Program-made: the position numbers and the translations under genes | Part shown: positions 7,060-17,075 of the stretch, piece by piece | Layout: each line of letters begins with the position of its first letter | How positions within the stretch are numbered: position 1 is the stretch's first letter | Notes under the pieces: generated by a model | What the model was told of the DNA's origin: nothing | Databases searched by the model: none | What the model saw: the letters and a program-made list of their open reading frames with translations, nothing else | Assembly: GCA_963837715.1 (NCBI GenBank) | Contig: CAWIOF010000003.1 | Coordinates: 181,366-245,365 of the forward strand | From: an uncultured Actinomycetes bacterium | Lineage (GTDB): Bacteria > Actinomycetota > Acidimicrobiia > IMCC26256 > JANYLB01 | Direction: 5' to 3' | Length of the DNA stretch: 64,000 nt

Positions 7060-8037
7060 GGAGCTCAGGGAGAGGGCGAAGTCGTCGTCGGGATCGGTCC
7101 ACCAGGCCCGCAGCTCGAGGCCGGCGGCGGCCAGCTCCGCCACCACCCGGTCGCGGCGGAACTTCGCCGAGATCTCGGTGCGCATCGCCTCCCCGGCCTC
7201 GAACTCGACCACGAGGTCCAGCGCGGGGACCTTCACGGTCTGGGCCGCATCGGTGCGGAGGTGCATCTCGATCCATTCTGCTCCGATGTCCCATCGGGCC
7301 ACGTGCGTGAAGGCGTCGGGGTCGAAGTCGGCGCCGAGCTCACGGTTGAGGACGTGGAGCACGTTGCGGTTGAACGCAGCAGTGACCCCTGCCGCGTCGT
7401 CGTAGGCCGCGACGAGGCGTCGGGGGTCCTTCACGAGGTCGGTTCCGAGCAGGAGGGTGTCGTCGGGTCCGAGGCCGGCCCGAACGGCGGCGAGGAACTC
7501 GGCCCGGGCGAGCGGAGCCAGGTTGCCGATCGTGCCGCCGAGGAAGGCGACCACTCGTCGGCCGCCGCCGGGGAGCTGGTCGAGGTGGTGCTCGAAGTCG
7601 CCCACGACGGCATGGACCTCGATCTCGGGGTGCTCGGCGGCGATCGCAGCCGATGCATCGCGCAGGGTCGTCTCGCTCACGTCGAACGGCACGAAGCGAC
7701 GCAGCCGACCAGTGCGGGCCAGCGCGGCCAGCAGGAGTCGCGTCTTCTCCGACGTGCCCGAACCGAGCTCGACCAGCGTGTCGGCCCCGGTGAGCTCGGC
7801 GATCTCGTCGGCCCGGGCCGCGAGGATCGCCCGCTCGGCCCGGGTCGGGTAGTACTCGGGGAGACGGGTGATGTCGTCGAACAGCTGCGACCCGCGGTCG
7901 TCGTAGAAGTACTTCGGCGGGAGATCCTTCGGTGACGCGGTCAACCCGGTGCGGGCGTCGGCTTCGAGCCCGGCCCGGAGATCGTCGCGGCCGAGGTGCA
8001 CGTCGACGGTGATGCGGTCGGATGTGGGATCGCTCAT
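7048..8037 (-). CDS. egtD: L-histidine N-alpha-methyltransferase EgtD
   Basis: [56 protein letters not shown], 329 aa. The ATG overlaps the egtC stop (TGATG). Confidence 0.9.
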   Translation of the reverse strand: MSDPTSDRITVDVHLGRDDLRAGLEADARTGLTASPKDLPPKYFYDDRGSQLFDDITRLPEYYPTRAERAILAARADEIAELTGADTLVELGSGTSEKTRLLLAALARTGRLRRFVPFDVSETTLRDASAAIAAEHPEIEVHAVVGDFEHHLDQLPGGGRRVVAFLGGTIGNLAPLARAEFLAAVRAGLGPDDTLLLGTDLVKDPRRLVAAYDDAAGVTAAFNRNVLHVLNRELGADFDPDAFTHVARWDIGAEWIEMHLRTDAAQTVKVPALDLVVEFEAGEAMRTEISAKFRRDRVVAELAAAGLELRAWWTDPDDDFALSLSSPGR

Positions 8038-8771
8038 CAGGAACCTCCGAGAGCAGTGATGCGCGCGGCGAGGGCGGTGGCCTCGACGACGGAACGGTCG
8101 GGAACGGGTTGCCAGGCTGCATCGTCGTCGAGCGGCTCGGACGCGACCAGGAGCTGGTCGCCGTCGGCCCGGACGAAGAGGGAGTTGCCCCACGCCGACG
8201 CGACGACGGTCGTGCCGTCGCAGAGCACGAGGTTCAGTCGCAGGTCGTCGTCGGGATCGACGAGCGTGGTGACGTCGCGCACGGCAACGGCCGGGTCGGC
8301 ACCGCCGTCGAGACGGTCGAGCACGAGGCCGAAGAGGACCTCGCTGTCGGTGTCGCCGCGCAGTGTCGCCCGTCGGTCGGTGGAGAGCTCCGCTCGCAGC
8401 TTGGCTTCGCGCCCGGCGCGGAACGCGAAGCCGTTCAGCGAGAACGACCAGGATCCGGACACGAACGGCGCGTTGTTGCGCTCGTCGAGCGTCGTGCCCG
8501 GCGAGGCGAGGCGCGCCGCGGCCACGATCGCCCCGGAGCGTCGATCACCACAGTTGAACGACGCATCGGCCCAGATCGAGGTCGTCGAGCGGTAGGTGCG
8601 CGGCTCCCGGACCGGCGCGGAGTACCACGCCACCCCCCAGCCGTCGGGATTCGTGCGGCCGGCGGGTTGATGACGTGGCCTGTGCGACTGGGTCGAGAGC
8701 GCGTGGGGTGCGTCGAAGAGGAGCGTCGAGAGCGCGAGGGGCGGCCCGAGGTACGCGAGGTGTCGGCACAT
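8037..8771 (-). CDS. egtC: Class II glutamine amidotransferase EgtC
   Basis: [11 protein letters not shown] (N-terminal nucleophile Cys2), [10 protein letters not shown], and position between egtB and egtD. Confidence 0.85.
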   Translation of the reverse strand: MCRHLAYLGPPLALSTLLFDAPHALSTQSHRPRHQPAGRTNPDGWGVAWYSAPVREPRTYRSTTSIWADASFNCGDRRSGAIVAAARLASPGTTLDERNNAPFVSGSWSFSLNGFAFRAGREAKLRAELSTDRRATLRGDTDSEVLFGLVLDRLDGGADPAVAVRDVTTLVDPDDDLRLNLVLCDGTTVVASAWGNSLFVRADGDQLLVASEPLDDDAAWQPVPDRSVVEATALAARITALGGS

Positions 8772-8784
8772 GGTCGGCTCGTTC

Positions 8785-10096
8785 TCAGCGCGCGCAGCGG
8801 AAGCCGGCGAAGATCTGACGACGGATCGGGAAGTCCCAGTTGCGGAACGTGCTGCGCACGGCCGTCGCGTCGGTTGCCCACGAACCGCCCCGCAGCACCC
8901 GGTAGCCGTCGTCGAAGAAGACCTCCGAGTACTCGGGATACGGGAAGGCGGTGAACCCGGGGTATCCGGTGAACTCCGACGCGGTCCACTCCCACACGTC
9001 GCCGATCATCTGGTGACATCCGATCGGACTCGCACCCTCTGGATGGCTGCCGATCGGGTCGGGTGCGAAGCGCGCGCCACCGAGGTTGGCGCGGGCGGCA
9101 TCGGCGTCGTCGTCGCCCCACGGGTACCGGTGCTTCACTCCGGTCGCCGCGTCCCACGACGCCGCGTACTCCCACTCGGTCTCGGTCGGGAGTCGTTTGC
9201 CGGACCACCGGGCGAACGCGTCGGCCTCGTACCAGCACACGTGCTGCACGGGTTCGCGCGGCGGGACGGGTTCCCAGTGACCGAAGCGACGCCGGCCGAA
9301 CGTCCCGTCGGCGCCGGCGCGCCAGAACTCCGGGTGCTCGAGGCGGGCCTCGTCGCGCCACGCCCGGCCGGCCTCGCTCCAGGCTTCGTCGTCGCGATAC
9401 CCACCCGCGGCGACGAACTCGAGGAAGGCCCGGTTCGTGACCGGTGCCCGGTCGATGTGGAACGGCGCCACGAACCGCTCGTGCGCGGGACGTTCGTTGT
9501 CGTACGCCCAGGGCTCGTCGTCGGTCCCCATCGTGAACGGCCCACCTGCGACCGGGACTTCGCCCTCGAGGTCGGAATCGCCGGCGCGTGGGCTCGGCTC
9601 GGTACCGGTCCGGGGGATCGGGTACGGAGCGTCGCGCAGTTGCAACGTGGCGAGCATGGTCTCGATGTGCTGCTGTTCGTGCTGCACGACCATCCCGTAG
9701 ACGAAACCGGCCGTGAGGAGCTGATCGTCGTCGGCAGAGATCTCGTGGGCGGTGTCGTCGTCGGGCAGACCGTCGACGACGCGCGCGGATGATCGTCGCG
9801 AACCGGCGCGCCGTGTCGAGATCGAGGAGGTCGAGCGACGGCCGGTCGCGCCGCGGATGCTTGAACGCGTCGTAGACGTCGTCGAAGCGCGGATCCGTCG
9901 GCGCCGCGCCCGCCAACTCGCGGAGCAGCCACAACTCTTCGAAGTGGGCGATGTGCGCGAAGTCCCAGACGAGCGGCGACATCAGTTCCGAGTGCTGTGC
10001 GGTCACGGCTTCGACGGGAAGCGGCTCGAGGAGATCGAGGGTCCTCGCCCGGGCGTCGTCGAGCGCGGCTCTCACCGCAGGTGGGCTCACGTCCAT
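8785..10096 (-). pseudogene. egtB: Hercynine sulfoxide synthase EgtB (DinB + FGE-sulfatase domains), apparent 1-nt frameshift near 9781-9790
   Basis: The N-terminal part (MDVSPP..LMSPLVWDFAHIAHFEELW..DTARRFATIIRA) is in one frame. The C-terminal part (RVVDGLPDDD..GFVYGMVVQHEQQHIETM..RGGSWAT..FRCAR) is in another. The junction lies in a CCGCGCGCG run. 1312 nt equals 437 codons plus 1 nt. Confidence 0.85.
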
Positions 10097-11373
10097 GTCG
10101 AGCTCGCCCGCTCCGCGGGCAGGGCGCGTCCCGTCGCGGCCCACTCGTCGAGCCGATCGTCGGCGGGGGTGCGATCACGATCGACGAAGCGGGTGATGAA
10201 CGCCTGCACGACCTCGGTCGTGGCCCGACCGGCTCCGAGTCTCGGCAGGGCGTCGAGCGCGGCCGCGAAGCACGTGCGCGCGGCGCGGGCGAAGTCGGGA
10301 TCCGAGAGTCCGTGCTCGGCGGCGTCGCACCAGCGGCCCCGCAGGGGGAGCGTTGCGACCTCAGCGGTCTCGGCGGCTTCCGGATCGTCGAGCAGCGCGG
10401 TCGTGACCGCGATCGCAGCCCGCCACCACGGATCGGGGAGGGCATCGATCATCCGCAGCTCGAACCGGCCCTGGGGCCGGACGGGCGGGAACAGGGTGCT
10501 CAGGTGGTACGTGAGGTCGTCGACGGTCGGCCAACCGTTCGGGTGGCCGTGCGCAATCCATTCCCCGAAGGTGAGTGGCTCGAGCACCGGGGTGGCCGCG
10601 TCGCCCTCGGCGAGGATCAGCATGACGCCGGCATCGAGGGCGTAGCGCGCCCACTGTTCGCCGGCGCTGCCCGCGAGGTCGGATCGGAACACGGGTGCGG
10701 TACGACCGGGGTCGATCCGGTTCCATGCACCCCAGCGGCTCGACCGCCAGCCCGACGGTCGACCCTCGAGGAGCGGCGAGTTGGCGAACGCAGCGAGGAG
10801 CAGGGGTCCGAGATGGTGGGCACGCGCCCAGCGGGTCTCGACCTCGTCGGGTCGCCCGGTGTCGAGGCTGATCTGCAGCGCGGCGGTCCCGCACATCATC
10901 GTGCGGCCCGCGGGCCCGCCGGCATCGAAGTACGCCTCCATCGCGTCGTAGCGCGGCGTGTCGACGACACGCCGGCGCGGGCGCAGCGGGTCGAGTCCGA
11001 GTCCGACGGGCGACAGTCCGGCCCGGCCGAGTGCGACGCGCAGAACGACCGCGTCGGCCTCGGTGAGGCGGAGCGTCTCGGCGAGGGAGCCGGCGGTGGA
11101 GCTCAGTTCCAGCTGTCCGCCGGGTTCGTAGGTGATGGTGCCGCCGCCGGGGAGGGGTCCGGCTGCAGCCACGGCGTCGCGGAGTTGTGTCAGTGACACG
11201 GGTTCGCGGATCGGGTCGGTCGCCGGGAACACGAGCCACTCGAGTTCGACGCCGACCAGGTGGTGGTGGCTGGGCCGGAAGGAACGCGACGCCACGAGGT
11301 GGCGTGCTGCGTCGAGGTCGAGGGTCGGTGCGGGGGAGGGCACCGGGCTACCGGTGGCTGAACTGTTCGGCAA
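10087..11373 (-). CDS. egtA: Glutamate-cysteine ligase family 2 (EgtA)
   Basis: HHLVGVELEWLVF..ITYEPGGQLELSS..TPRYDAMEAYF..MMCGTAALQISLD, the GCS2 pattern. It is the first gene of the egt run and overlaps the egtB start by 10 nt. Confidence 0.85.
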   Translation of the reverse strand: MPNSSATGSPVPSPAPTLDLDAARHLVASRSFRPSHHHLVGVELEWLVFPATDPIREPVSLTQLRDAVAAAGPLPGGGTITYEPGGQLELSSTAGSLAETLRLTEADAVVLRVALGRAGLSPVGLGLDPLRPRRRVVDTPRYDAMEAYFDAGGPAGRTMMCGTAALQISLDTGRPDEVETRWARAHHLGPLLLAAFANSPLLEGRPSGWRSSRWGAWNRIDPGRTAPVFRSDLAGSAGEQWARYALDAGVMLILAEGDAATPVLEPLTFGEWIAHGHPNGWPTVDDLTYHLSTLFPPVRPQGRFELRMIDALPDPWWRAAIAVTTALLDDPEAAETAEVATLPLRGRWCDAAEHGLSDPDFARAARTCFAAALDALPRLGAGRATTEVVQAFITRFVDRDRTPADDRLDEWAATGRALPAERASSTWT

Positions 11374-11480
11374 CCCAATCGAGGTTGCGGACCGGCGCGG
11401 ACCAGAGATACCAGCTGTGACGCGACTTCAGCATTTACGTGCTCCTCGGTGGTGACCCGGGCTCTTGGGCGCCCCGGGAC

Positions 11481-11510
11481 GGGGTCAGGGGGCGGGGGAC
11501 GGGGACGGGG
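11481..11510 (+). other. G-quadruplex-forming motif (five G4-5 tracts)
   Basis: GGGGtcaGGGGGcGGGGGacGGGGacGGGG. It lies 108-137 bp upstream of the egtA start codon on the template strand. Confidence 0.5.
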
Positions 11511-11552
11511 ACAGACAGACTCCCGGGTGCAGTACCCAGGGAGGGGTACGGA

Positions 11553-12719
11553 TTACGCAACCGGTTCGGATTTTCGATTCTTCCCGTTCTCGAACCCGTC
11601 GGATGCTGTCTCCGCGGGAGCGGAGAGCGAGTTGCGGAGCGCGCGGTAGACCGCCTCGGGGGTGAGGACGCCGAGGAACCGGCTGCCGTCGAGCACCGCG
11701 ACCCATCCTTCCTGGGTGAGGAGCATCGCGGCGAGGGCGTGCTCGAGTGAGTCGTCGACGTCGACGAACTCCTCCACCCGCTGCATCCGTTCGGTGATGT
11801 TCCCGTCACCGTCCGCGTTCTCAGCCGGGAGGTGACCGCGGATGGTGCCCTCGCCGTCGACGATCGCGATCCACTCGACCGCGCAGCGTGTGATGAGGTC
11901 GCGCGCCTCGGTGAGCGTCGCGGTGGGGGGCAGCGTCGGCGGGTGGTCGAGCGCACCGGGATCGATGACGGTGACCTTCAGTCGCTTCAGGCCACGGTCG
12001 GATCCGACGAAGTCGGCGACCATCGGCGACGCGGGGTTGCCGAGGACCTCCGCCGGCGTGTCGTACTGCTGGAGCACCCCGCCGACATCGAGGATCGCGA
12101 TGCGGTCGCCGAGCTTCACCGCTTCTTCGATGTCGTGGGTCACGAACACGATCGTCTTGTGCACCTCCGCCTGGAGGCGGAGGAACTCGTCCTGCAGCCG
12201 GCCGCGGGTCACGGGGTCGATCGCGCCGAACGGCTCGTCCATCAGGAGGACCGGGGGATCCGCGGCGAGCGCGCGTGCCACTCCGACGCGCTGGCGCTGG
12301 CCGCCGGAGAGCTGCGCGGGGTACCGGCTCCGGTAGTCGGCGGGGTCGAGGCCCACCAGGTCGAGGAGCTCGTCGACCCGCGCCGCGATGCGCTCGCGTT
12401 TCCAACCCAGCAGCTTCGGAACGGTGCCGACGTTCGCGGCGATGTCCTGGTGCGGGAAGAGCCCGACCTGCTGGATGACGTAGCCCATCCGCCGCCGGAG
12501 GGCGACGGGGTCGCCGTGGGTGACGTCTTCGCCGTCGAGCAGGATCCGTCCGCTGGTCGGCTCGATGAGCCGGTTGATCATCTTCAGCGTGGTCGTCTTG
12601 CCGCAGCCCGACGGCCCGACGAGGACGCAGATGTCGCCTTCATCCACGTCGAGGGACAACGAGTCGACGGCGACGAGGCCGTTCGGATAGCGCTTCGTGA
12701 CGGCCTCGAGGCGGATCAT
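11553..12719 (-). CDS. Glycine betaine/osmoprotectant-type ABC transporter ATPase with tandem CBS domains (OpuCA/ProV-like)
   Basis: GPSGCGKTT, LSGGQRQRVGVARAL, LLMDEPFGAIDP. A C-terminal region of about 130 aa resembles a CBS pair (..VDGEGTIRGHL...VAVLDGSRFLGVLT). Confidence 0.85.
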   Translation of the reverse strand: MIRLEAVTKRYPNGLVAVDSLSLDVDEGDICVLVGPSGCGKTTTLKMINRLIEPTSGRILLDGEDVTHGDPVALRRRMGYVIQQVGLFPHQDIAANVGTVPKLLGWKRERIAARVDELLDLVGLDPADYRSRYPAQLSGGQRQRVGVARALAADPPVLLMDEPFGAIDPVTRGRLQDEFLRLQAEVHKTIVFVTHDIEEAVKLGDRIAILDVGGVLQQYDTPAEVLGNPASPMVADFVGSDRGLKRLKVTVIDPGALDHPPTLPPTATLTEARDLITRCAVEWIAIVDGEGTIRGHLPAENADGDGNITERMQRVEEFVDVDDSLEHALAAMLLTQEGWVAVLDGSRFLGVLTPEAVYRALRNSLSAPAETASDGFENGKNRKSEPVA

Positions 12720-12796
12720 CGCCACGCTCCTCCGCAGGTTCGTCGACGCTAGCATCGCCGCGGTTCCGCACCGACTGCAGGGGGAACACCCGCGTC

Positions 12797-13492
12797 ATGG
12801 TCAGGCAGCTCGCGACCCACCTGCTCGCGGACGACATCGGGCCGAAGTGGCTCTACTGGCCGTGGGTCGCCGATCACTACTCCGAGATCAGCGCCGCGTT
12901 CAGGGAGCATGTCGCGCTCACGTTCTGGGCGGTGTTCTGGGGTCTGATCATCTCCTTGCCGCTCGGGATCGCGTGCGCGCGCTGGCGCTGGCTCTACATC
13001 CCGACGATCGCAGCGACGAGCGTGCTGTTCACGATTCCGTCGCTCGCGCTGTTCGCGTTCCTCATCCCGGTGACGGGCCTGTCGCGCTCGACGGCGCTCA
13101 TCCCCCTCGTCGCGTACACGTTGCTCATCCTGGTGCGGAACGTCGTGATCGGTCTCGACGCGGTGCCGAGCGATGTGGTCGAGGCCGCGCAGGGGATGGG
13201 GTACTCGCGCACCCGCAGCCTCCTCAGGGTCGAATTGCCGCTCGCGGTCCCCACGATCATGACGGGCGTCCGCATCGCGACGGTCACCACCATCGGTCTC
13301 GTCACCATCACCGCGACGATCGGTCAGGGTGGGCTCGGGCAACTCATGTTCACCCGCGGCTTCCAGATCGACTTCCGTACCCCGGTGACGGTGGCGACGG
13401 TGCTCGTCGTCGCGTTCGCAGTCGCGGCCGACGCCTCGCTGCTCGGCGTGCAGCGGCTGGCCACCCCGTGGCTCCGCCGGCAGCGGGCCTGA
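12797..13492 (+). CDS. Betaine-type ABC transporter permease (OpuCB-like)
   Basis: Multi-TM protein with an EAA-like loop (VVEAAQGMGYSRTRSLLRVELPLAVP). Divergent from the ATPase gene. Confidence 0.8.
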   Translation: MVRQLATHLLADDIGPKWLYWPWVADHYSEISAAFREHVALTFWAVFWGLIISLPLGIACARWRWLYIPTIAATSVLFTIPSLALFAFLIPVTGLSRSTALIPLVAYTLLILVRNVVIGLDAVPSDVVEAAQGMGYSRTRSLLRVELPLAVPTIMTGVRIATVTTIGLVTITATIGQGGLGQLMFTRGFQIDFRTPVTVATVLVVAFAVAADASLLGVQRLATPWLRRQRA

Positions 13493-13496
13493 GTCG

Positions 13497-14213
13497 GTGC
13501 TCTCGTTCTTCGGTCAGGTCTGGGACTGGTTCGCCGACGGCGAGCACTGGTCGGGGAACGAGGGGATCCCGCGACTGTTGGGTCAGCACCTGCAGGTGTG
13601 CGGCGCCGCCATGATCGTTGCGGTGGTCGTCGCGCTCCCGGTCGGTCTGATCCTCGGTCACCACCGGAAGGGCGGCGCGGTGGCGGTCAACGTCGCCAAC
13701 ATCGGGCGGGCGATCCCGTCGTTCGCACTGTTGATCATCGGGGTCCAGATCTGGGGCATCGGCGATCCCGGTCCTCCGTTCGGGTGGGTGGGTTCGCTGC
13801 CGACCTGGGTGTGCCTCGTCGCGCTGGCCCTGCCGCCGATGCTCGCCAACGCCTACGTCGGCATGAGCCAGGTCGACGAAGACGTGCGCGAAGCTGCCGC
13901 GGGAATGGGCATGCGCGGAAGCGAGGTGTTGCGCAAGGTCGAGCTGCCGATGGCGATGCCCGTCGTGATGGCGGGGGTCCGGACGGCAGCGGTCGCGGTG
14001 GTGGCCACGGCGACGCTCGCCGCCATCACCGGCTTCGGCGGGCTCGGCCGCTACGTGTGGGATGGCATCAAGCAGCAGGACGACGTCAAGCTGTTCGCGG
14101 GAGCGTTGCTCGTGGCGCTGCTCGCGATCGTGGTGGAGGTCGCGCTCGCCGGCCTGCAGCGGCTGCTCGTCTCGCCGGGAATACGCAGAGCGAAGAAGAG
14201 TTCAGGATCGTGA
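13497..14213 (+). CDS. Betaine-type ABC transporter permease (OpuCD-like)
   Basis: VREAAAGMGMRGSEVLRKVELPMAMPVVMAG EAA loop, multi-TM, GTG start at 13497. Confidence 0.8.
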   Translation: MLSFFGQVWDWFADGEHWSGNEGIPRLLGQHLQVCGAAMIVAVVVALPVGLILGHHRKGGAVAVNVANIGRAIPSFALLIIGVQIWGIGDPGPPFGWVGSLPTWVCLVALALPPMLANAYVGMSQVDEDVREAAAGMGMRGSEVLRKVELPMAMPVVMAGVRTAAVAVVATATLAAITGFGGLGRYVWDGIKQQDDVKLFAGALLVALLAIVVEVALAGLQRLLVSPGIRRAKKSSGS

Positions 14214-14274
14214 CCACCCCGCGACCACGACGATCGAGATCATGGAGAAGACCGACGATGGAAGGAACGACGCA

Positions 14275-15186
14275 ATGAGCCAAGCAGTACGGGAGAGGAA
14301 GCGGCGACGCGGAGGTCGGGTGCTCGGCGCGCTCGTGGCCGTCGTCTTGCTCACCACGGGTACGGCGGTCGCCGCCGGCGCAGCGTCGATCGTGGTCGGG
14401 TCCAAGGACTTCGTCGCCAACCAAGCGGTGGCCCAGGCCTACGGCCAGGCGCTCGCCGCCCAGGGCAGCGACATCACGTACAAGGACAACCTCGGGAGCA
14501 CCGAGATCGTCTACGCGGCGTTGCAGAACGGCGACATCGACATGTACCCGGAGTACGCGAACACGTTCCTCGAGAGCGGGCTCGCCGGAACGGGCAGCGC
14601 CGACATCAAGCAGGTGATGGCCGACATCCGCGCCGGTCTCCCCGCCGACATCGTGGCGACCAAGCCCGCTCCCGCCAACGACGTGAACGCGTTCGTGGTG
14701 ATGAAGAAGACGGCGAAGAAGTACAAGTTGAAGACGGTCTCCGACCTGAAGAAGGTGGCGTCGAAGCTCGACTTCGGTGGTCCCGCCGAGTGCGAGACGC
14801 GTGACCTGTGCCTCGGCCCGAAGTCGCAGCAGACCTACGGCCTGCAGTTCAAGGAGGTCCAGAAGCTCGACACCGGTGGCCCGATCACGACCAACGCCTT
14901 GGAGGACAACGACATCCAGGTCGCGGTGCTCTTCTCCGGGAGCAGTGTCATCCCGAAGAACGCGGTGATCCTCACCGACGACAAGGGCCTGCAGGGCGCC
15001 GACAACCCGTTCGTGCTCATCCGAAAGGACAAGGCGACGCGCAAGGTGTTGAAGACGATCAACAACGTCTCCAAGAAGCTCACCACCGAGGCGTACAACG
15101 AGATGGCGATCGCGACGACGGTCGACAAGGAAGACCCGTCGGCTGCGGCCCAGCAGTTCCTCGCGGACAACAACCTGCCGAACTAG
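14275..15186 (+). CDS. Betaine/choline-family substrate-binding protein (OpuAC-fold)
   Basis: Signal/anchor segment RVLGALVAVVLLTTGTAVAAGA, then IVVGSKDFVANQAVAQAYGQAL..GDIDMYPEYANTFLE. Alternative start at 14242. Confidence 0.75.
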   Translation: MSQAVRERKRRRGGRVLGALVAVVLLTTGTAVAAGAASIVVGSKDFVANQAVAQAYGQALAAQGSDITYKDNLGSTEIVYAALQNGDIDMYPEYANTFLESGLAGTGSADIKQVMADIRAGLPADIVATKPAPANDVNAFVVMKKTAKKYKLKTVSDLKKVASKLDFGGPAECETRDLCLGPKSQQTYGLQFKEVQKLDTGGPITTNALEDNDIQVAVLFSGSSVIPKNAVILTDDKGLQGADNPFVLIRKDKATRKVLKTINNVSKKLTTEAYNEMAIATTVDKEDPSAAAQQFLADNNLPN

Positions 15187-15212
15187 CCCGCTTCGAGGGG
15201 CCGTCCGCGGCG

Positions 15213-15827
15213 CTACCAGCCGCGGGCGGCCCACTCGTCGAGGTGGGGCCGCTCGGAGCCGACGGTCGTGTCGAGCCCGTGCCCCGGGAGCACGAGCGTG
15301 TCGGCCGGGAGCGTGAAGAGGCGACGGTCGATCGACGTGAGGATCTGGTCGAAGCTCGCACCCTCGGTGACGGTGTTGCCGGGCCCGCCGGGGAAGAGCG
15401 TGTCGCCGCTGAACACGACCGGGTGACCCTCGAGCAGGAAGCACGTGGAGCCACGCGTGTGTCCGGGGGTGTGGATCGAGCGGAGCCGGAGATCACCGAC
15501 GGTGATCACGTCGTCGTCGGGGATCGTGAAGTCGTAGGCCGGGAGCATCGCGGCGTCGTCGGTGGCGATCCCGACTTCGATCCCTGCGTCGCGGACTGCT
15601 TCCACGGCCTGGATGTGGTCCCAGTGGCCGTGGGTCGTGAGGACCCGGCGGACACCGGTGGCCCGACTCACCTCGAGGAGCAGTTCGTGCTCGTTCGCGG
15701 CATCGACGAGGACGGCGTCGCCCGAGTGCTTGTCGCGAACGACGAAGACGTTGTTCTCGAAGGGCCCGACGACGATCTTGTCGATCCGGACCTCTCCGGT
15801 TTCGTAGTGGGGCGGGCGGGGGGCCAT
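15213..15827 (-). CDS. MBL-fold metallo-hydrolase (glyoxalase II-like)
   Basis: THGHWDH motif and later HTPGHT, 204 aa, ATG at 15827. Confidence 0.8.
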   Translation of the reverse strand: MAPRPPHYETGEVRIDKIVVGPFENNVFVVRDKHSGDAVLVDAANEHELLLEVSRATGVRRVLTTHGHWDHIQAVEAVRDAGIEVGIATDDAAMLPAYDFTIPDDDVITVGDLRLRSIHTPGHTRGSTCFLLEGHPVVFSGDTLFPGGPGNTVTEGASFDQILTSIDRRLFTLPADTLVLPGHGLDTTVGSERPHLDEWAARGW

Positions 15828-15939
15828 CGATCCCACGATAACCCCGGCGGACGACCGGATTCCCCGGTGGAAACCCGACCGACCGGTCAAGTACCGTCCC
15901 CCTCCGGACGGACTGCCGCGCCAGAAAGAAGGAACCATC

Positions 15940-17070
15940 GTGAACTTCGCGTTCTCCGAGGAGCAGGAAGAGCTCCGCCAGACGATCCGACGGTTCCTCG
16001 AGGACAAGTCGCCCTCCACCGAGGTGCGGCGTCTGATGGAGACGGTCGACGGTTACGACGAAGCGGTCTGGAAGCAGATGGGCCAGGAGCTCGGGCTCCA
16101 GTCGCTGCACATCCCGGAGGAGTACGGGGGTCAGGGCTTCACGTTCGTCGAGCTCGGCATCGTGCTCGAGGAGATGGGTCGTGTCCTGCTCTGCGCGCCG
16201 TACTTCTCCTCCGTCGTGCTCGCGGCCGATGCGATCCTCAACGCCGGCAGCGACGACCAGAAGCAGGCGCTCCTCCCGGGAATCGCCTCGGGTGAGACAC
16301 GCGCCGCGCTCGCGTTCACGGAACCGAACGGTCGTTGGGACGCCGCGGGCATCACGCTCGAGGCCAAGGCCGACGGCGACGGGTACGTGCTCGACGGCAC
16401 CAAGAGCTTCGTGATCGACGGCGCGACCGCCGACCTGTTGGTCGTGGTCGCCCGCACCGCGGGCACGAGCGGTGAAGACGGCATCGGGTTCTTCACGGTC
16501 ACCGGCGACGCCGACGGACTCACCCGCACGCCGCTCGCCACGATGGACCAGACCCGCAAGCAGGCGAAGCTCGAGTTCTCCGGGGTCCGAGGCGCCAGCC
16601 TCGGTGAGGTGGGCGCCGGATGGGCGGCGCTCTCGAAGACGCTCGACCAGGCTGCGGTCGGTCTCGCCAACGAGATGGTGGGCGGCGCGCAGAAGGTGTT
16701 GGAGATGTCGGTCCAGTACGCCAAGGACCGTGTGCAGTTCGGTCGTCCGATCGGTTCGTTCCAGGCGATCAAGCACAAGTGCGCCGACATGCTGCTCGAA
16801 GTCGAGTCGGCGAAGTCGGCGGCGTACTACGCAGCCTGGTCTGCGGCCGAGGACAACGACGAGCTGCCCGTGGTCGCGTCGCTCGCCAAGGCGTACTGCT
16901 CCGACGCGTACTTCCACGCCACCGCCGAGAACATCCAGATCCACGGCGGGATCGGCTTCACGTGGGAGCACGACGCGCACCTGTACTTCAAGCGGGCGAA
17001 GAGCTCCGAGATCCTGTTCGGTGACGCGACGTACCACCGCGAGCTGCTCGCGCAACGCATCGGGATCTAG
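15940..17070 (+). CDS. Acyl-CoA dehydrogenase
   Basis: NFAFSEEQEELRQTIRRFLED.., QFGRPIGSFQAIKH, IHGGIGFTWEHDAHLYFKRA. 376 aa. Confidence 0.9.
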   Translation: MNFAFSEEQEELRQTIRRFLEDKSPSTEVRRLMETVDGYDEAVWKQMGQELGLQSLHIPEEYGGQGFTFVELGIVLEEMGRVLLCAPYFSSVVLAADAILNAGSDDQKQALLPGIASGETRAALAFTEPNGRWDAAGITLEAKADGDGYVLDGTKSFVIDGATADLLVVVARTAGTSGEDGIGFFTVTGDADGLTRTPLATMDQTRKQAKLEFSGVRGASLGEVGAGWAALSKTLDQAAVGLANEMVGGAQKVLEMSVQYAKDRVQFGRPIGSFQAIKHKCADMLLEVESAKSAAYYAAWSAAEDNDELPVVASLAKAYCSDAYFHATAENIQIHGGIGFTWEHDAHLYFKRAKSSEILFGDATYHRELLAQRIGI

Positions 17071-17075
17071 CTGAC

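Noticed and set aside
8435-8784. 3' extension of the 569-aa ORF 8435-10144
   Set aside because: Only its first 110 or so residues (the DinB-like part of EgtB) are meaningful. After the frameshift it reads out of frame (Arg/Pro-rich) through the real egtB and egtC sequence.
15493-17055. 520-aa minus-strand ORF. Similar long antisense ORFs occur at 29921-31513, 32085-33281, 38824-40389, 50595-51700 and 60882-62585
   Set aside because: All are opposite strongly supported genes and lack motifs, so they are GC-driven open frames.
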